Assembly (NCBI RefSeq): GCF_036365525.1
Contig: NC_090378.1
Span: forward strand, 121,505,593-121,569,592
Direction: 5' to 3'
Length of the DNA stretch: 64,000 bases
DNA from: Heterodontus francisci
Taxonomy: Eukaryota
A program made the translations under genes and the position numbers. Below are positions 41,501 through 59,500 of this stretch, one piece after another. Every line of letters starts with the position of its first letter. Position 1 is the stretch's first letter. The notes under the pieces were generated by a model. That model searched no databases and was not told the origin of the DNA. It saw only the letters and a program-made list of their open reading frames with translations.

Positions 41501-44500
41501 TATAATGTATAAGAATGGACACACAGTCACACATCCTGGACTGACACATCCCACAGTTATATATAATATATAATAATAGACACAGAGTCCCACCTCCTGT
41601 CCTGACACATCCCACAGTTATATATAATATACAACAATGGACACACTGTCCCCCCTCCTATACTGACACATCCCACTGTTATGTATAATATATAAAAATG
41701 GACACACAGTCCCACCTCCTGTCCTGACACGTCCCACAGTTATATATAAGATATAATAATGCACACACAGTCCCACCTCCTGCACTGACACATCCCACAG
41801 TTATATATAATGTATAATAATGGACACACATTCCCACCTCCTGTACTGACACATCCCACAGTTATATATAATATATAATAATGGACACACAGTCCCACCT
41901 CCTGTACTGACACATCCCACAGTTATATATAATATATAATAGTGGACACACAGTCCCACCTCCTGTACTGACATATCCCACATTTATATATAATATATAA
42001 TAATGGACACACAGTCCCACCTCCTGCACTGACACATCCCACAGTTATATATAATATGTAACAATGGACACACATTCCCACTTCCTGTACTGACACATCC
42101 CACAGTTATGTATAAGGTATTATGATGGACACACAGTCCCACCTGCTGTACTGACACATCCCACAGTTATGTATAATGTATTATGATGGACACACAGTCC
42201 CACCTCCTGTACTGACACATCGCACAGTTATGTATAATGTATTATGATGGACACACAGTCCCACCTCCTGTACTGACACATCCCACAGTTATGTATAATA
42301 TATTATGATGGACACACAGTCCCACCTCCTGTACTGACACATCCCACAGTTATGTATAATATATAATAATGGACACACAGTCCCACCTCCTGTACTGACA
42401 CATCCCACAGTTATGTATAATATATAATAATGGACACACAGTCCCACCTCCTGTACTGACACATCCCACAGTTATGTATAATATATAATAATGGACACAC
42501 AGTCCCAGCTCCTGTACTGACACATCCCACAGTTATATATAATATATAATAATGGACACACAGTCCCACCTCCTGCACTGACACAACCCACAGTTATATA
42601 TAATATATAATAATGGACACACAGTCCCACCTCCTGGACTTACACATCCCACAGTTATATATAATATATAATAATGGACACACAGTCCCACCTCCTGCAC
42701 TGACACATCCCACAGTTATATATAATATATAATAATGGACACACAGTCCCACCTCCTGTACTGGCACATCCCACTGTTATAAATAATATATAATAATGGA
42801 CACACAGTCCCACCTCCTGTACTGACACATCCCACAGTTATATATAATATATATTAATGGACACACTGTCCCACCTCCTGCACTGACACAACCCACTGTT
42901 ATATATAATATATAATAATGGACACACAGTCCCACCTCCTGCACTGACACATCCCACTGTTATATATAATATATAATAATGGACACACAGTCCCACCTCC
43001 TGTACTGACACATCCCACTGTTATGTATAATATATAAAAATGGACACACAGTCCCACCTCCTGTACTGACACATCCCACAGTTATATATAATATATAATA
43101 ATGCACACACAGTCCCACCTCCTGCACTGACACTTCCCACAGTTATATATAATATATAATAATGGACGCACAGTCCCACCTCCTGCACTGACACTTCCCA
43201 CAGTTATATATAAGATATAATAATGCACACACAGTCCCACCTCCTGCACTGACACATCCCACAGTTATATATAATGTATAATAATGGACACACATTCCCA
43301 CCTCCTGTACCGACACATCCCACAGTTATATATAATATATAATAATGGACACACATTCCCACCTCCTGTACTGACACATCCCACAGTTATATATAATATA
43401 TAATAATGGACACACAGTCCCACCTCCTGCACTGACACATCCCACAGTTATAAATAATATACAATAATGGACACACAGTCCCACCTCCTGTACTGACACA
43501 TCCCACAGTTATGTATAATATATAATAATGGACACACATTCCCACCTCCTGTACTGACACATCCCACAGTTATCTATAATATATAATAGTGGACACACAG
43601 TCCCACCTCCTGTACTGACATATCCCACATTTATATATAATATATAATAATGGACACACAGTCCCACCTCCTGCACTGACACATCCCACAGTTATATATA
43701 ATATGTAACAATGGACACACATACCCACTTCCTGTACTGACACATCCCACAGTTATGTATAAGGTATTATGATGGACACACAGTCCCACCTGCTGTACTG
43801 ACACATCCCACAGTTATATATAATATGTAACAATGGACACACATTCCCACTTCCTGTACTGACACATCCCACAGTTATGTATAATGTATTATGATGGACA
43901 CACAGTCCCACCTCCTGTACTGACACATCGCACAGTTATGTATAATGTATTATGATGGACACACAGTCCCACCTCCTGTACTGACACATCCCACAGTTAT
44001 GTATAATATATTATGATGGACACACAGTCCCACCTCCTGTACTGACACATCCCACAGTTATGTATAATATATAATAATGGACACACAGTCCCAGCTCCTG
44101 TACTGACACATCCCACAGTTATATATAATATATAATAATGGACACACAGTCCCACCTCCTGCACTGACACATCCCACAGTTATATATAATATGTAACAAT
44201 GGACACACATTCCCACTTCCTGTACTGACACATCCCACAGTTATGTATAATGTATTATGATGGACACACAGTCCCACCTCCTGTACTGACACATCGCACA
44301 GTTATGTATAATGTATTATGATGGACACACAGTCCCACCTCCTGTACTGACACATCCCACAGTTATGTATAATATATTATGATGGACACACAGTCCCACC
44401 TCCTGTACTGACACATCCCACAGTTATGTATAATATATAATAATGGACACACAGTCCCAGCTCCTGTACTGACACATCCCACAGTTATATATAATATATA

Positions 44501-47500
44501 ATAATGGACACACAGTCCCACCTCCTGTACTGACACATCCCACTGTTATAAATAATATATAATAATGGACACACAGTCCCACCTCCTGTACTGACACATC
44601 CCACAGTTATATATAATATATAATAATGGACACACTGTCCCACCTCCTGCACTGACACAACCCACTGTTATATATAATATATAATAATGGACACACAGTC
44701 CCACCTCCTGCACTGACACATCCCACAGTTATATATAATATATAATAATGCACACACAGTCCCACCTCCTGCACTGACACATCCCACAGTTATATATAAT
44801 ATATAATAATGGACGCACAGTCCCACCTCCTGCACTGACACTTCCCACAGTTATATATAATATATAATAATGCACACACAGTCCCACCTCCTGCACTGAC
44901 ACATCCCACAGTTATATATAATGTATAATAATGGACACACATTCCCACCTCCTGTAATGACACATCCCACAGTTATATATAATATATAATAATGGACACA
45001 CAGTCCCACCTCCTGTACTGACACATCCCACAATTATATATAATATATAATAATGGACACACAGTCCCAGCTCTTGCACTGACACATCCCACAGTTATAT
45101 ATAATATATAATAATGGACACACAGTCCCACCTCCTGTACTGACACATCCCACAATTATATATAATATATAATAATGGACACACAGTCCCAGCTCTTGCA
45201 CTGACACATCCCACAGTTATATATAATATATAATAATGCACACACAGTCCCACCTCCTGCACTGACACTTCCCACAGTTATATCTAATATTTACTAATGG
45301 ACACCCAGTCCCACCTCCTGCACTGACAGAACCCACTGTTATATATAATATATAATAATGGACACACAGTCCCACCTCCTGGACTGACACATCCCACAGT
45401 TATATATAATATATAATAATGGACACACAGTCCCACCTCCTGTACTGACACATCCCACAGTTAAATATAATGTATAATAATGGACACAGTCCCACCTCCT
45501 GCACTGACACATCCTACAGTTTTATATAATATATAATAATGGACACACAGTCCCACCTCCTGTACTGACACATCCCACAGTTAAATATAATGTATAATAA
45601 TGGACACAGTCCCACCTCCTGCACTGACACATCCTACAGTTTTATATAATATATAATAATGGACACACAGTCCCACCTCCTGCACTGACACATCCCACAG
45701 TTATATATAATATATAATAATGGACACACAGTCCCACCTCCTGCACTGACACATCCCACTGTTATATATAATATATAATAATGGACACACAGTCCCACCT
45801 CCTGCACTGACACTTCCCACAGTTATATATAATATATAATAATGCACACACAGTCCCACCTCCTGCACTGACACATCCCACAGTTATATATAATATATAA
45901 TAATGGACACACAGTCCCACCTCCTGCACTGACACTTCCCACAGTTATATATAATATATAATAATGCACACACTGTCCCACCTCCTGCACTGACACATCC
46001 CACAGTTATATATAATGTATAATAATGCACACAGTCCCACCTCCTGCACTGACACTTCCCACAGTTATATATAATATATAATAATGCACACACAGTCCCA
46101 CCTCCTGCACTGACACATCCCACAGTTATATATAATGTATAATAATGCACACACAGTCCCACCTCCTGCACTGACACTTCCCACAGTTATATATAATATA
46201 TAATAATGCACACACAGTCCCACCTCCTGCACTGACACATCCCACAGTTATATATAATGTATAATAATGGACACACATTCCCACCTCCTGTACTGACACA
46301 TCCCACAGTTATATATAATATATAATAATGGACACACAGTCCCACCTCCTGTACTGACAGATCCCACAGTTAAATATAATGTATAATGTATAATAATGGA
46401 CACACAGTCCCACCTTCTGCACTGACACATCCTCCAGTTTTATATAATATATAATAATGGACACACAGTCCCACCTCCTGCACTGACACATCCTCCAGTT
46501 TTATATAATATATAATAATGGACACACAGTCCCACCTCCTGCACTGACACATCCCACAGTTATATATAATATATAATAATGGACACACAGTCCCACCTCC
46601 TGCACTGACACATCCCACAGTTATATATAATATATAATAATGGACACACAGTCCCACCTCCCGCACTGACACATCCCACAGTTATATATAATATATAATA
46701 ATGGACACACAGTCCCACCTCCTGCACTGACACATCCTCCAGTTTTATATAATATATAATAATGGACACACAGTCCCACCTCCTGCACTGACACATCCCA
46801 CAGTTATATATAATATATAATAATGGACACACAGTCCCACCTCCCGCACTGACACATCCCACAGTTATATATAATATATAATAATGGACACACAGTCCCA
46901 CCTCCTGTACTGACACGTCCCACAGTTATATATAATATATAATAATGGACACACATTCCCACCTCCTGTACTGACACATCCCACAGTTATATATAATATA
47001 TAATAATGGACACACAGTCCCACCTCCTGCACTGACACATCCCACAGTTATATATAATATATAATAATGGACACACATTCCCACCTCCTGTACTGACACA
47101 TCCCACAGTTATATATAATATATAATAATGGACACACAGTCCCACCTCCTGCACTGACACATCCCACAGTTATATATAATATATAATAATGGACACACAT
47201 TCCCACCTCCTGTACTGACACATCCCACAGTTATATATAATATATAATAATGGACACACAGTCCCACCTCCTGCACTGACACATCCCACAGTTATATATA
47301 ATATATAATAATGGACACACATTCCCACCTCCTGTACTGACACATCCCACAGTTATGTATAATATATAATAATGGACACACAGTCCCACCTCCTGCACTG
47401 ACACATCCCACAGTTATATATAATATATAATAATGGACACACATTCCCACCTCCTGTACTGACACATCCCACAGTTATATATAATATATAATAATGGACA

Positions 47501-50500
47501 CACAGTCCCACCTCCTGCACTGACACATCCCACAGTTATATATAATATATAATAATGGACACACATTCCCACCTCCTGTTCTGACACATCCCACAGTTAA
47601 TATAATATATAATAATGGACACACAGTCCCACCTCCTGTACTGACACATCCCACTGTTATATGTAATATATAATAATGGACACACAGTCCCACCTCCTGT
47701 ACTGACACATCCCACAGTTATATAGAATATATAATAATGGACACACATTCCCACCTCCTGTACTGACACATCCCACAGTTATATATAATATATAATAATG
47801 GACACAGTCCCACCTCCTGTACTGACACATCCCACAGTTATATATAATATATAATAATGGACACACAGTCCCACCTCGTGTACTGACACATCCCACAGTT
47901 ATATATAATATGTAATAATGGACACACAGTCCCACCTCCTGCACTGACACATCCCACAGTTATATATAATATATAATAATGCACACACAGTCCCACCTCC
48001 TGCACTGACACTTCCCACAGTTATATATAATATATAATAATGGACGCACAGTCCCACCTCCTGCACTGACACTTCCCACAGTTATATATAATATATAATA
48101 ATGCACACACAGTCCCACCTCCTGCACTGACACAACCCACTGTTATATATAATATATAATAAAGGACACACAGTCCCACCTCCTGCACTGACACTTCCCA
48201 CAGTTATATCTAATATTTACTAATGGACACCCAGTCCCACCTCCTGCACTGACAGAACCCACAGTTATATATAATATATAATAATGGACACACAGTCCCA
48301 CCTCCTGCACTGACACATCCCACAGTTATATATAATATATAATAATGCACACACAGTCCCACCTCCTGCACTGACACATCCCACAGTTATATATAATGTA
48401 TAATAATGGACACACATTCCCACCTCCTGTACTGACACATCCCACAGTTATATATAATATATAATAATGGACACACAGTCCCACCTCCTGTACTGACAGA
48501 TCCCACAGTTAAATATAATGTATAATAATGGACACACAGTCCCACCTTCTGCACTGACACATCCTCCAGTTTTATATAATATATAATAATGGACACACAG
48601 TCCCACCTCCTGCACTGACACATCCCACAGTTTTATATAATATATAATAATGGACACACAGTCCCACCTCCTGCACTGACACATCCCACAGTTATATATA
48701 ATACATAATAATGGACAACCAGTCCCACCTCCTGTACTGACACATCCCACAGTTATATATAATATATAATAATGGACACACAGTCCCACCTCCTGCACTG
48801 ACACATCCCAGAGTTATATATAATATATAATAATGGACACACATTCCCACCTCCTGTTCTGACACATCCCACAGTTAATATAATATATAATAATGGACAC
48901 ACAGTCCCACCTCCTGTACTGACACATCCCACAGTTATATATAATATATAACAATGGACACACAGTCCCACCTCCTGGACTGACAGAACCCACAGTTATA
49001 TATAATATATAATAATGGACACACAGTCCCACCTCCTGCACTGACACATCCCAGAGTTATATATAATATATAATAATGGACACACATTCCCACCTCCTGT
49101 TCTGACACATCCCACAGTTAATATAATATATAATAATGGACACACAGTCCCACCTCCTGCACTGACACATCCCAGAGTTATATATAATATATAATAATGG
49201 ACACACATTCCCACCTCCTGTTCTGACACATCCCACAGTTAATATAATATATAATAATGGACACACATTCCCACCTCCTGTTCTGACACATCCCACAGTT
49301 AATATAATATATAATAATGGACACACATTCCCACCTCCTGTTCTGACACATCCCACAGTTAATATAATATATAATAATGGACACACAGTCCCACCTCCTG
49401 TACTGACACATCCCACAGTTATATATAATATATAATAATGGACACACAGTCCCACCTCCTGCACTGACACATCCCAGAGTTATATATAATATATAATAAT
49501 GGACACACATTCCCACCTCCTGTTCTGACACATCCCACAGTTATATATAATATATAATAATGGACACACAGTCCCACCTCCTGCACTGACACTTCCCACA
49601 GTTATATCTAATATTTACTAATGGACACCCAGTCCCACCTCCTGCACTGACAGAACCCACAGTTATATATAATATATAATAATGGACACACAGTCCCACC
49701 TCCTGCACTGACACATCCCACAGTTAAACATAATGTATAATAATGGACACACAGTCCCACCTCCTGCACTGACACATCCTACAGTTTTATATAATATATA
49801 ATAATGGACACACAGTCCCACCTCCTGCACTGACACATCCCACAGTTATATATAATATATAATAATGGACACACAGTCCCACCTCCTGCACTGACACATC
49901 CCACAGTTAAACAGAATGTATAATAATGGACACACAGTCCCACCTCCTGCACTGACACATCCTACAGTTTTATATAATATATAATAATGGACACACAGTC
50001 CCACCTCCTGCACTGACACATCCTACAGTTTTATATAATATATAATAATGGACACACAGTCCCACCTCCTGCACTGACACATCCCACAGTTATATATAAT
50101 ATATAATAATGGACACACAGTCCCACCTCCTGCACTGACACATCCCACAGTTATATATAATATATAATAATGGACACACAGTCCCACCTCCTGCACTGAC
50201 ACATCCCACAGTGATATATAATATATAATAATGGACACACATTCCCACCTCCTGTACTGACACATCCCACAGTTATGTATAATATATAATAATGGACACA
50301 GTCCCACCTCCTGCACTGACACATCCCACAGTTATATATAATATATAATAATGGACACACATTCCCACCTCCTGTACTGACACATCCCACAGTTATATAT
50401 AATATATAATAATGGACACACAGTCCCACCTCCTGCACTGACACATCCCACAGTTATATATAATATATAATAATGGACACACATTCCCACCTCCTGTTCT

Positions 50501-53500
50501 GACACATCCCACAGTTAATATAATATATAATAATGGACACACAGTCCCACCTCCTGTACTGACACATCCCACAGTTATATGTAATATATAATAATGGACA
50601 CACAGTCCCACCTCCTGTACTGACACATCCCACAGTTATATAGAATATATAATAATGGACACACATTCCCACCTCCTGTACTGACACATCCCACAGTTAT
50701 ATATAATATATAATAATGGACACAGTCCCACCTCCTGTACTGACACATCCCACAGTTATATATAATATATAATAATGGACACACAGTCCCACCTCGTGTA
50801 CTGACACATCCCACAGTTATATATAATATGTAATAATGGACACACAGTCCCACCTCCTGCACTGACACATCCCACAGTTATATATAATATATAATAATGC
50901 ACACACAGTCCCACCTCCTGCACTGACACTTCCCACAGTTATATATAATATATAATAATGGACGCACAGTCCCACCTCCTGCACTGACACTTCCCACAGT
51001 TATATATAATATATAATAATGCACACACAGTCCCACCTCCTGCACTGACACAACCCACTGTTATATATAATATATAATAATGGACACACAGTCCCACCTC
51101 CTGCACTGACACTTCCCACAGTTATATCTAATATTTACTAATGGACACCCAGTCCCACCTCCTGCACTGACAGAACCCACAGTTATATATAATATATAAT
51201 AATGGACACACAGTCCCACCTCCTGCACTGACACATCCCACAGTTATATATAATATATAATAATGCACACACAGTCCCACCTCCTGCACTGACACATCCC
51301 ACAGTTATATATAATGTATAATAATGGACACACATTCCCACCTCCTGTACTGACACATCCCACAGTTATATATAATATATAATAATGGACACACAGTCCC
51401 ACCTCCTGTACTGACAGATCCCACAGTTAAATATAATGTATAATAATGGACACACAGTCCCACCTTCTGCACTGACACATCCTCCAGTTTTATATAATAT
51501 ATAATAATGGACACACAGTCCCACCTCCTGCACTGACACATCCCACAGTTTTATATAATATATAATAATGGACACACAGTCCCACCTCCTGCACTGACAC
51601 ATCCCACAGTTATATATAATACATAATAATGGACAACCAGTCCCACCTCCTGTACTGACACATCCCACAGTTATATATAATATATAATAATGGACACACA
51701 GTCCCACCTCCTGCACTGACACATCCCAGAGTTATATATAATATATAATAATGGACACACATTCCCACCTCCTGTTCTGACACATCCCACAGTTAATATA
51801 ATATATAATAATGGACACACAGTCCCACCTCCTGTACTGACACATCCCACAGTTATATATAATATATAACAATGGACACACAGTCCCACCTCCTGGACTG
51901 ACAGAACCCACAGTTATATATAATATATAATAATGGACACACAGTCCCACCTCCTGCACTGACACATCCCAGAGTTATATATAATATATAATAATGGACA
52001 CACATTCCCACCTCCTGTTCTGACACATCCCACAGTTAATATAATATATAATAATGGACACACAGTCCCACCTCCTGCACTGACACATCCCAGAGTTATA
52101 TATAATATATAATAATGGACACACATTCCCACCTCCTGTTCTGACACATCCCACAGTTAATATAATATATAATAATGGACACACATTCCCACCTCCTGTT
52201 CTGACACATCCCACAGTTAATATAATATATAATAATGGACACACATTCCCACCTCCTGTTCTGACACATCCCACAGTTAATATAATATATAATAATGGAC
52301 ACACAGTCCCACCTCCTGTACTGACACATCCCACAGTTATATATAATATATAACAATGGACACACAGTCCCACCTCCTGGACTGACAGAACCCACAGTTA
52401 TATATAATATATAATAATGGACACACAGTCCCACCTCCTGCACTGACACATCCCAGAGTTATATATAATATATAATAATGGACACACAGTCCCACCTCCT
52501 GCACTGACACATCCCAGAGTTATATATAATATATAATAATGGACACACATTCCCACCTCCTGCACTGACACATCCCACAGTTATATATAATATATAATAA
52601 TGGACACACAGTCCCACCTCCTGCACTGACACATCCCACAGTTATATATAATATATAATAATGGACACACAGTCCCACCTCCTGCACTGACACATCCCAC
52701 AGTTATATATAATATATAATAATGCACACACAGTCCCACCTCCTGCACTGACACTTCCCACAGTTATATATAATATATAATAATGGACGCACAGTCCCAC
52801 CTCCTGCACTGACACTTCCCACAGTTATATATAATATATAATAATGGACGCACAGTCCCACCTCCTGCACTGACACTTCCCACAGTTACATATAATATAT
52901 AATAATGCACACACAGTCCCACCTCCTGCACTGACACTTCCCACAGTTATATATAATATATAATAATGGACGCACAGTCCCACCTCCTGCACTGACACTT
53001 CCCACAGTTATATATAATATATAATAATGGACGCACAGTCCCACCTCCTGCACTGACACATCCCACAGTTATATATAATATATAATAATGGACACACATT
53101 CCCACCTCCTGTACTGACACATCCCACAGTTATATATAATATATAATAATGGACACACAGTCCCACCTCCTGTACTGACACATCCCACAGTTATATATAA
53201 TGTATAATAATGGACACACAGTCCCACCTCCTGCACTGACACATCCCACAGTTATATATAATATATAATAATGGACACACAGTCCCACCTCCTGGACTGA
53301 GACATCCCACAGTTATATATAATATATAACAATGGACACACAGTCCCACTTCCTGTACTGACACATCCCACAGTTATGTATAAGGTATTATGATGGACAC
53401 ACAATCCCACCTCTTGTACTGACACATCCCACAGTTATGTATAATATATAATAATGGACACACAGTCCCACCTCCTGGACTGACACATCCCACAGTTATA

Positions 53501-56500
53501 TATAATATATAATAATGGACACACAGTCCCACCTCCTGCACTGACACATCCCACAGTTATATGTAATATATAATAATGGACACACAGTCCCACCTCCTGT
53601 ACTGACACATCCCACTGTTATATATAATATATAATAATGGACACACAGTCCCACCTCCTGTACTGACACATCCCACAGTTTTTATAATATATAATAATGG
53701 ACACACAGTCCCACCTCCTGCACTGACACATCCCACAGTTATATATAATATATAATAATGGACTCACAGTCCCACCTCCTGCACTGACATATCCCACAGT
53801 TATATGTAATATATAATAATGGACACACAGTCCCACCTCCTGTACTGACACATCCCACTGTTATATATAATATATAATAATGGACACACAGTCCCACCTC
53901 CTGTACTGACACATCCCACAGTTTTTATAATATATAATAATGGACACACAGTCCCACCTCCTGTACTGACACATCCCACTGTTATATATAATATATAATA
54001 ATGGACTCACAGTCCCACCTCCTGCACTGACACATCCCACAGTTATATGTAATATATAATAATGGACACACAGTCCCACCTCCTGTACTGACACATCCCA
54101 CTGTTATATATAATATATAATAATGGACACACAGTCCCACCTCCTGTACTGACACATCCCACAGTTTTTATAATATATAATAATGGACACACAGTCCCAC
54201 CTCCTGCACTGACACAACCCACTGTTATATATAATATATAATAATGGACACACAGTCCCACCTCCTGCACTGACACTTCCCACAGTTATATATAATATAT
54301 AATAATGGACACACAGTCCCACCTCCTGTACTGACAGAACCCACTGTTATATATAATATATAATAATGGACACACAGTCCCACCTCCTGGACTGACACAT
54401 CCCACAGTTATATATAATATATAATAATGGACACACAGTCCCAGCTCCTGTACTGACACATCCCACAGTTAAATATAATGTATAATAATGGACACACAGT
54501 CCCACCTCCTGCACTGACACATCCTACAGTTTTATATAATATATAATAATGGACACACAGTCCCACCTCCTGCACTGACACATCCCACAGTTAAATATAA
54601 TGTATAATAATGGACACACAGTCCCACCTCCTGCACTGACACATCCTACAGTTTTATATAATATATAATAATGGACACACAGTCCCACCTCCTGCACTGA
54701 CACATCCCACAGTTATATATAATATATAATAATGGACACACAGTCCCACCTCCTGCACTGACACATCCTACAGTTATATGTAATATATAATAATGGACGC
54801 ACAGTCCCACCTCCTGTACTGACACATCCCACTGTTATATATAATATATAATAATGGACGCACAGTCCCACCTCCTGTACTGACACATCCCACAGTTATA
54901 TATAATATGTAATAATGGACACACAGTCCCAGCTCCTGTACTGACACATCCCACAGTTAAATATAATGTATAATAATGGACACACAGTCCCACCTCCTGC
55001 ACTGACACATCCTACAGTTTTATATAATATATAATAATGGACACACAGTCCCACCTCCTGCACTGACACATCCCACAGTTATATATAATATATAATAATG
55101 GACACACAGTCCCACCTCCTGCACTGACACATCCCACAGTTATATATAATATATAATAATGGACACACAGTCCCACCTCCTGCACTGACACTTCCCACAG
55201 TTATATATAATATATAATAATGGACACACAGTCCCACCTCCTGCACTGACACATCCCACAGTTATATATAATATATAATAATGGACACACAGTCCCACCT
55301 CCTGCACTGACACATCCCACAGTTATATATAATATATAATAATGGACACACAGTCCCACCTCCTGCACTGACACTTCCCACAGTTATATATAATATATAA
55401 TAATGGACACACAGTCCCACCTCCTGCACTGACACATCTCACAGTTATATATAATATATAACAATGGACACACAGTCCCACCTCCTGGACTGAGACATCC
55501 CACAGTTATATATAATATATAACAATGGACACACAGTCCCACTTCCTGTACTGACACATCCCACAGTTATGTATAAGGTATTATGATGGACACACAATCC
55601 CACCTCTTGTACTGACACATCCCACAGTTATGTATAATATATAATAATGGACACACAGTCCCACCTCCTGGACTGACACATCCCACAGTTATATATAATA
55701 TATAATAATGGACACACAGTCCCACCTCCTGCACTGACACATCCCACAGTTATATGTAATATATAATAATGGACACACAGTCCCACCTCCTGTACTGACA
55801 CATCCCACTGTTATATATAATATATAATAATGGACACACAGTCCCACCTCCTGTACTGACACATCCCACAGTTTTTATAATATATAATAATGGACACACA
55901 GTCCCACCTCCTGTACTGACACATCCCACTGTTATATATAATATATAATAATGGACACACAGTCCCACCTCCTGTACTGACACATCCCACAGTTTTTATA
56001 ATATATAATAATGGACACACAGTCCCACCTCCTGCACTGACACAACCCACTGTTATATATAATATATAATAATGGACACACAGTCCCACCTCCTGTACTG
56101 ACACATCCCACAGTTATATATAATATATAATAATGCACACACAGTCCCACCTCCTGCACTGACACTTCCCACAGTTATATATAATATATAATAATGGACA
56201 CACAGTCCCACCTCCTGCACTGACACATCCCACAGTTATATATAATATATAATAATGCACACACAGTCCCACCTCCTGCACTGACACTTCCCACAGTTAT
56301 ATATAATATATAATAATGGACACACAGTCCCACCTCCTGCACTGACACATCCCACAGTTATATATAATATATAATAATGCACACACAGTCCCACCTCCTG
56401 CACTGACACTTCCCACAGTTATATCTAATATTTACTAATGGACACCCAGTCCCACCTCCTGCACTGACAGAACCCACTGTTATATATAATATATAATAAT

Positions 56501-59500
56501 GGACACACAGTCCCACCTCCTGGACTGACACATCCCACAGTTATATATAATATATAATAATGGACACACAGTCCCAGCTCCTGTACTGACACATCCCACA
56601 GTTAAATATAATGTATAATAATGGACACACAGTCCCACCTCCTGCACTGACACATCCCACAGTTAAATATAATGTATAATAATGGACACACAGTCCCACC
56701 TCCTGCACTGACACATCCTACAGTTTTATATAATATATAATAATGGACACACAGTCCCACCTCCTGCACTGACACATCCCACAGTTATATATAATATATA
56801 ATAATGGACACACAGTCCCACCTCCTGCACTGACACATCCTACAGTTATATGTAATATATAATAATGGACGCACAGTCCCACCTCCTGTACTGACACATC
56901 CCACAGTAATGTAGAATATATAATAATGGACGCACAGTCCCACCTCCTGTACTGACACATCCCACTGTTATAAATAATATATAATAATGGACACACAGTC
57001 CCACCTCCTGTACTGACACATCCCACAGTTATATATAATATGTAATAATGGACACACAGTCCCACCTCCTGCACCGTCACATCCCACAGTTATATATAAC
57101 ATATAATAATGGACACACAGTCCCAGCTCCTATACTGACACATCCCACAGCAAAAAATAATATATAATAATGGACACACAGTCCCACCTCCTGCCCCGAC
57201 ACATCCCACAGTAATGTAGAATATATAATTATGGACACACTCGCACCTCCTGCACTGACACATCCCACAGTTATATATAATATATAATAATGGACACACA
57301 GTCCCACCTCCTGCACCGTCACATCCCACAGTTATATATAACATATAATAATGGACACACACTCCCACCTCCTGCACTGACACATCCCACAGTTATATAT
57401 AACATATAATAATGGACACACATTCCCACCTCCTGCACTGACACATCCCACAGTCATGTAGAATATATAATAATGGACACACACTCCCACCTCCTGCACT
57501 GACACATCCCACAGTTATATATAATATAGAATAATGGACACACAGTCCCACCTCCTGCACTGGCAAATCCCACAGTTATATATAATATAGAATAATGGAC
57601 ACACAGTCCCAGCTCCTGCACTGACACATCCCACAGTAGAAAATAATATATAATAATGGACACACAGTCCCACCTCCTGCACTGACACATCCCACAGTTA
57701 TATATAATATAGAATAATGGACACACAGTCCCAGCTCCTGCACTGACACATCCCAGTTATATATAATATAGAATAATTGACACACAGTCCCACCTCCTGC
57801 ACTGACACATCCCACAGTCATGTAGAATATATAATTATGGACACACAGTCCCACCTCCTGCACTGGCACATCCCACAGTTATATATAATATATAATAATG
57901 AACACACAGTCCCACCTCCTGTACTGACACATCCCACAGTTATATATAATATAGAATAATGGACACACAGTCCCACCTCCTGCACTGACACATCCCACAG
58001 TTATATATAATATATAATAATGGACACACAGTCCCACCTCCTGCACTGTCACATCCCACAGTTATATATAATATATAATAATGGACACACACTCCCACCT
58101 CCCGCACTGACACATCCCACAGTTATATATAATATATAATAATGGACACACAGTCCCACCTCCTGTACTGACACATCCCACAGTTATATATAATATATAA
58201 TAATGGACACACAGTCCCACCTCCTGCACTGACACATCCCACAGTTATATATAATATATAATAATGGACGCACAGTCCCACCTCCTGCCCCGACACATCC
58301 CAGAGTTATATATAATATATAATAATGGACACACAGTCCCACCTCCTGCCCTGACACATCCCACAGTAATGTAGAATATATAATAATGGACACACAGTCC
58401 CACCTCCTGCACTGACACATCCCACAGTTATATATAATATATAATAATGGACACACAGTCCCACCTCCTGCACTGACACATCCCACAGTTATATATAATA
58501 TAAAATAATGGACGCACAGTCCCACCTCCTGCCCCGACACATCCCACAGTTATATATAATATAGAATAATGAACACACAGTCCCACCTCCTGTACTGACA
58601 CATCCCACAGTTATATATAATATATAATAATGAACACACAATCCCACCTCCTGTACTGACACATCCCACAGTTATATATAATATATAATAATGAACACAC
58701 AGTCCCACCTCCTGTACTGACACATCCCACAGTTATATATAATATATAATAATGGACACACAGTCCCACCTCCTGCACTGACACATCCAACAGTTATATA
58801 TAATATATAATAATGGACACACAGTCCCACCTCCTGCACTGACACATCCCATAGTTATATATAATATATTATAATGGACACACAGTCCCACCTCCTGCAC
58901 TGACACATCCCACAGTAATGTAGAATATATAATTATGGACACACTCCCACCTCCTGTACTGACACATCCCACAGTTATATATAATATAGAATAATGGACA
59001 CACAGTCCCACCTCCTGCGCTGACACATCCCACAGTTATATATAATATATATTAATGGACACACAGTCCCACCTCCTGCGCTGACACATCCCACAGTTAT
59101 ATATAATATATATTAATGGACACACAGTCCCACCTCCTGCGCTGACACATCCCACAGTTATATATAATATATAATAATGGACACACAATCCCACCTCCTG
59201 CACTGACACATCCCACAGTTATATATAATATCTAATAATGGACACACAGTCCCACCTCCTGCACGGACACATCCCACAGTTATATATATTATATAATAAT
59301 GGACACACAGTCCCACCTCCTGCACCGTCACATCCCACAGTTATATATAACATATAATAATGGACACACAGTCCCAGCTCCTATACTGACACATCCCACA
59401 GCAAAAAATAATATATAATAATGGACACACACTCCCACCTCCTGCACTGACACATCCCACAGTTATATATAATATAGAATAATGGACACACAGTCCCACC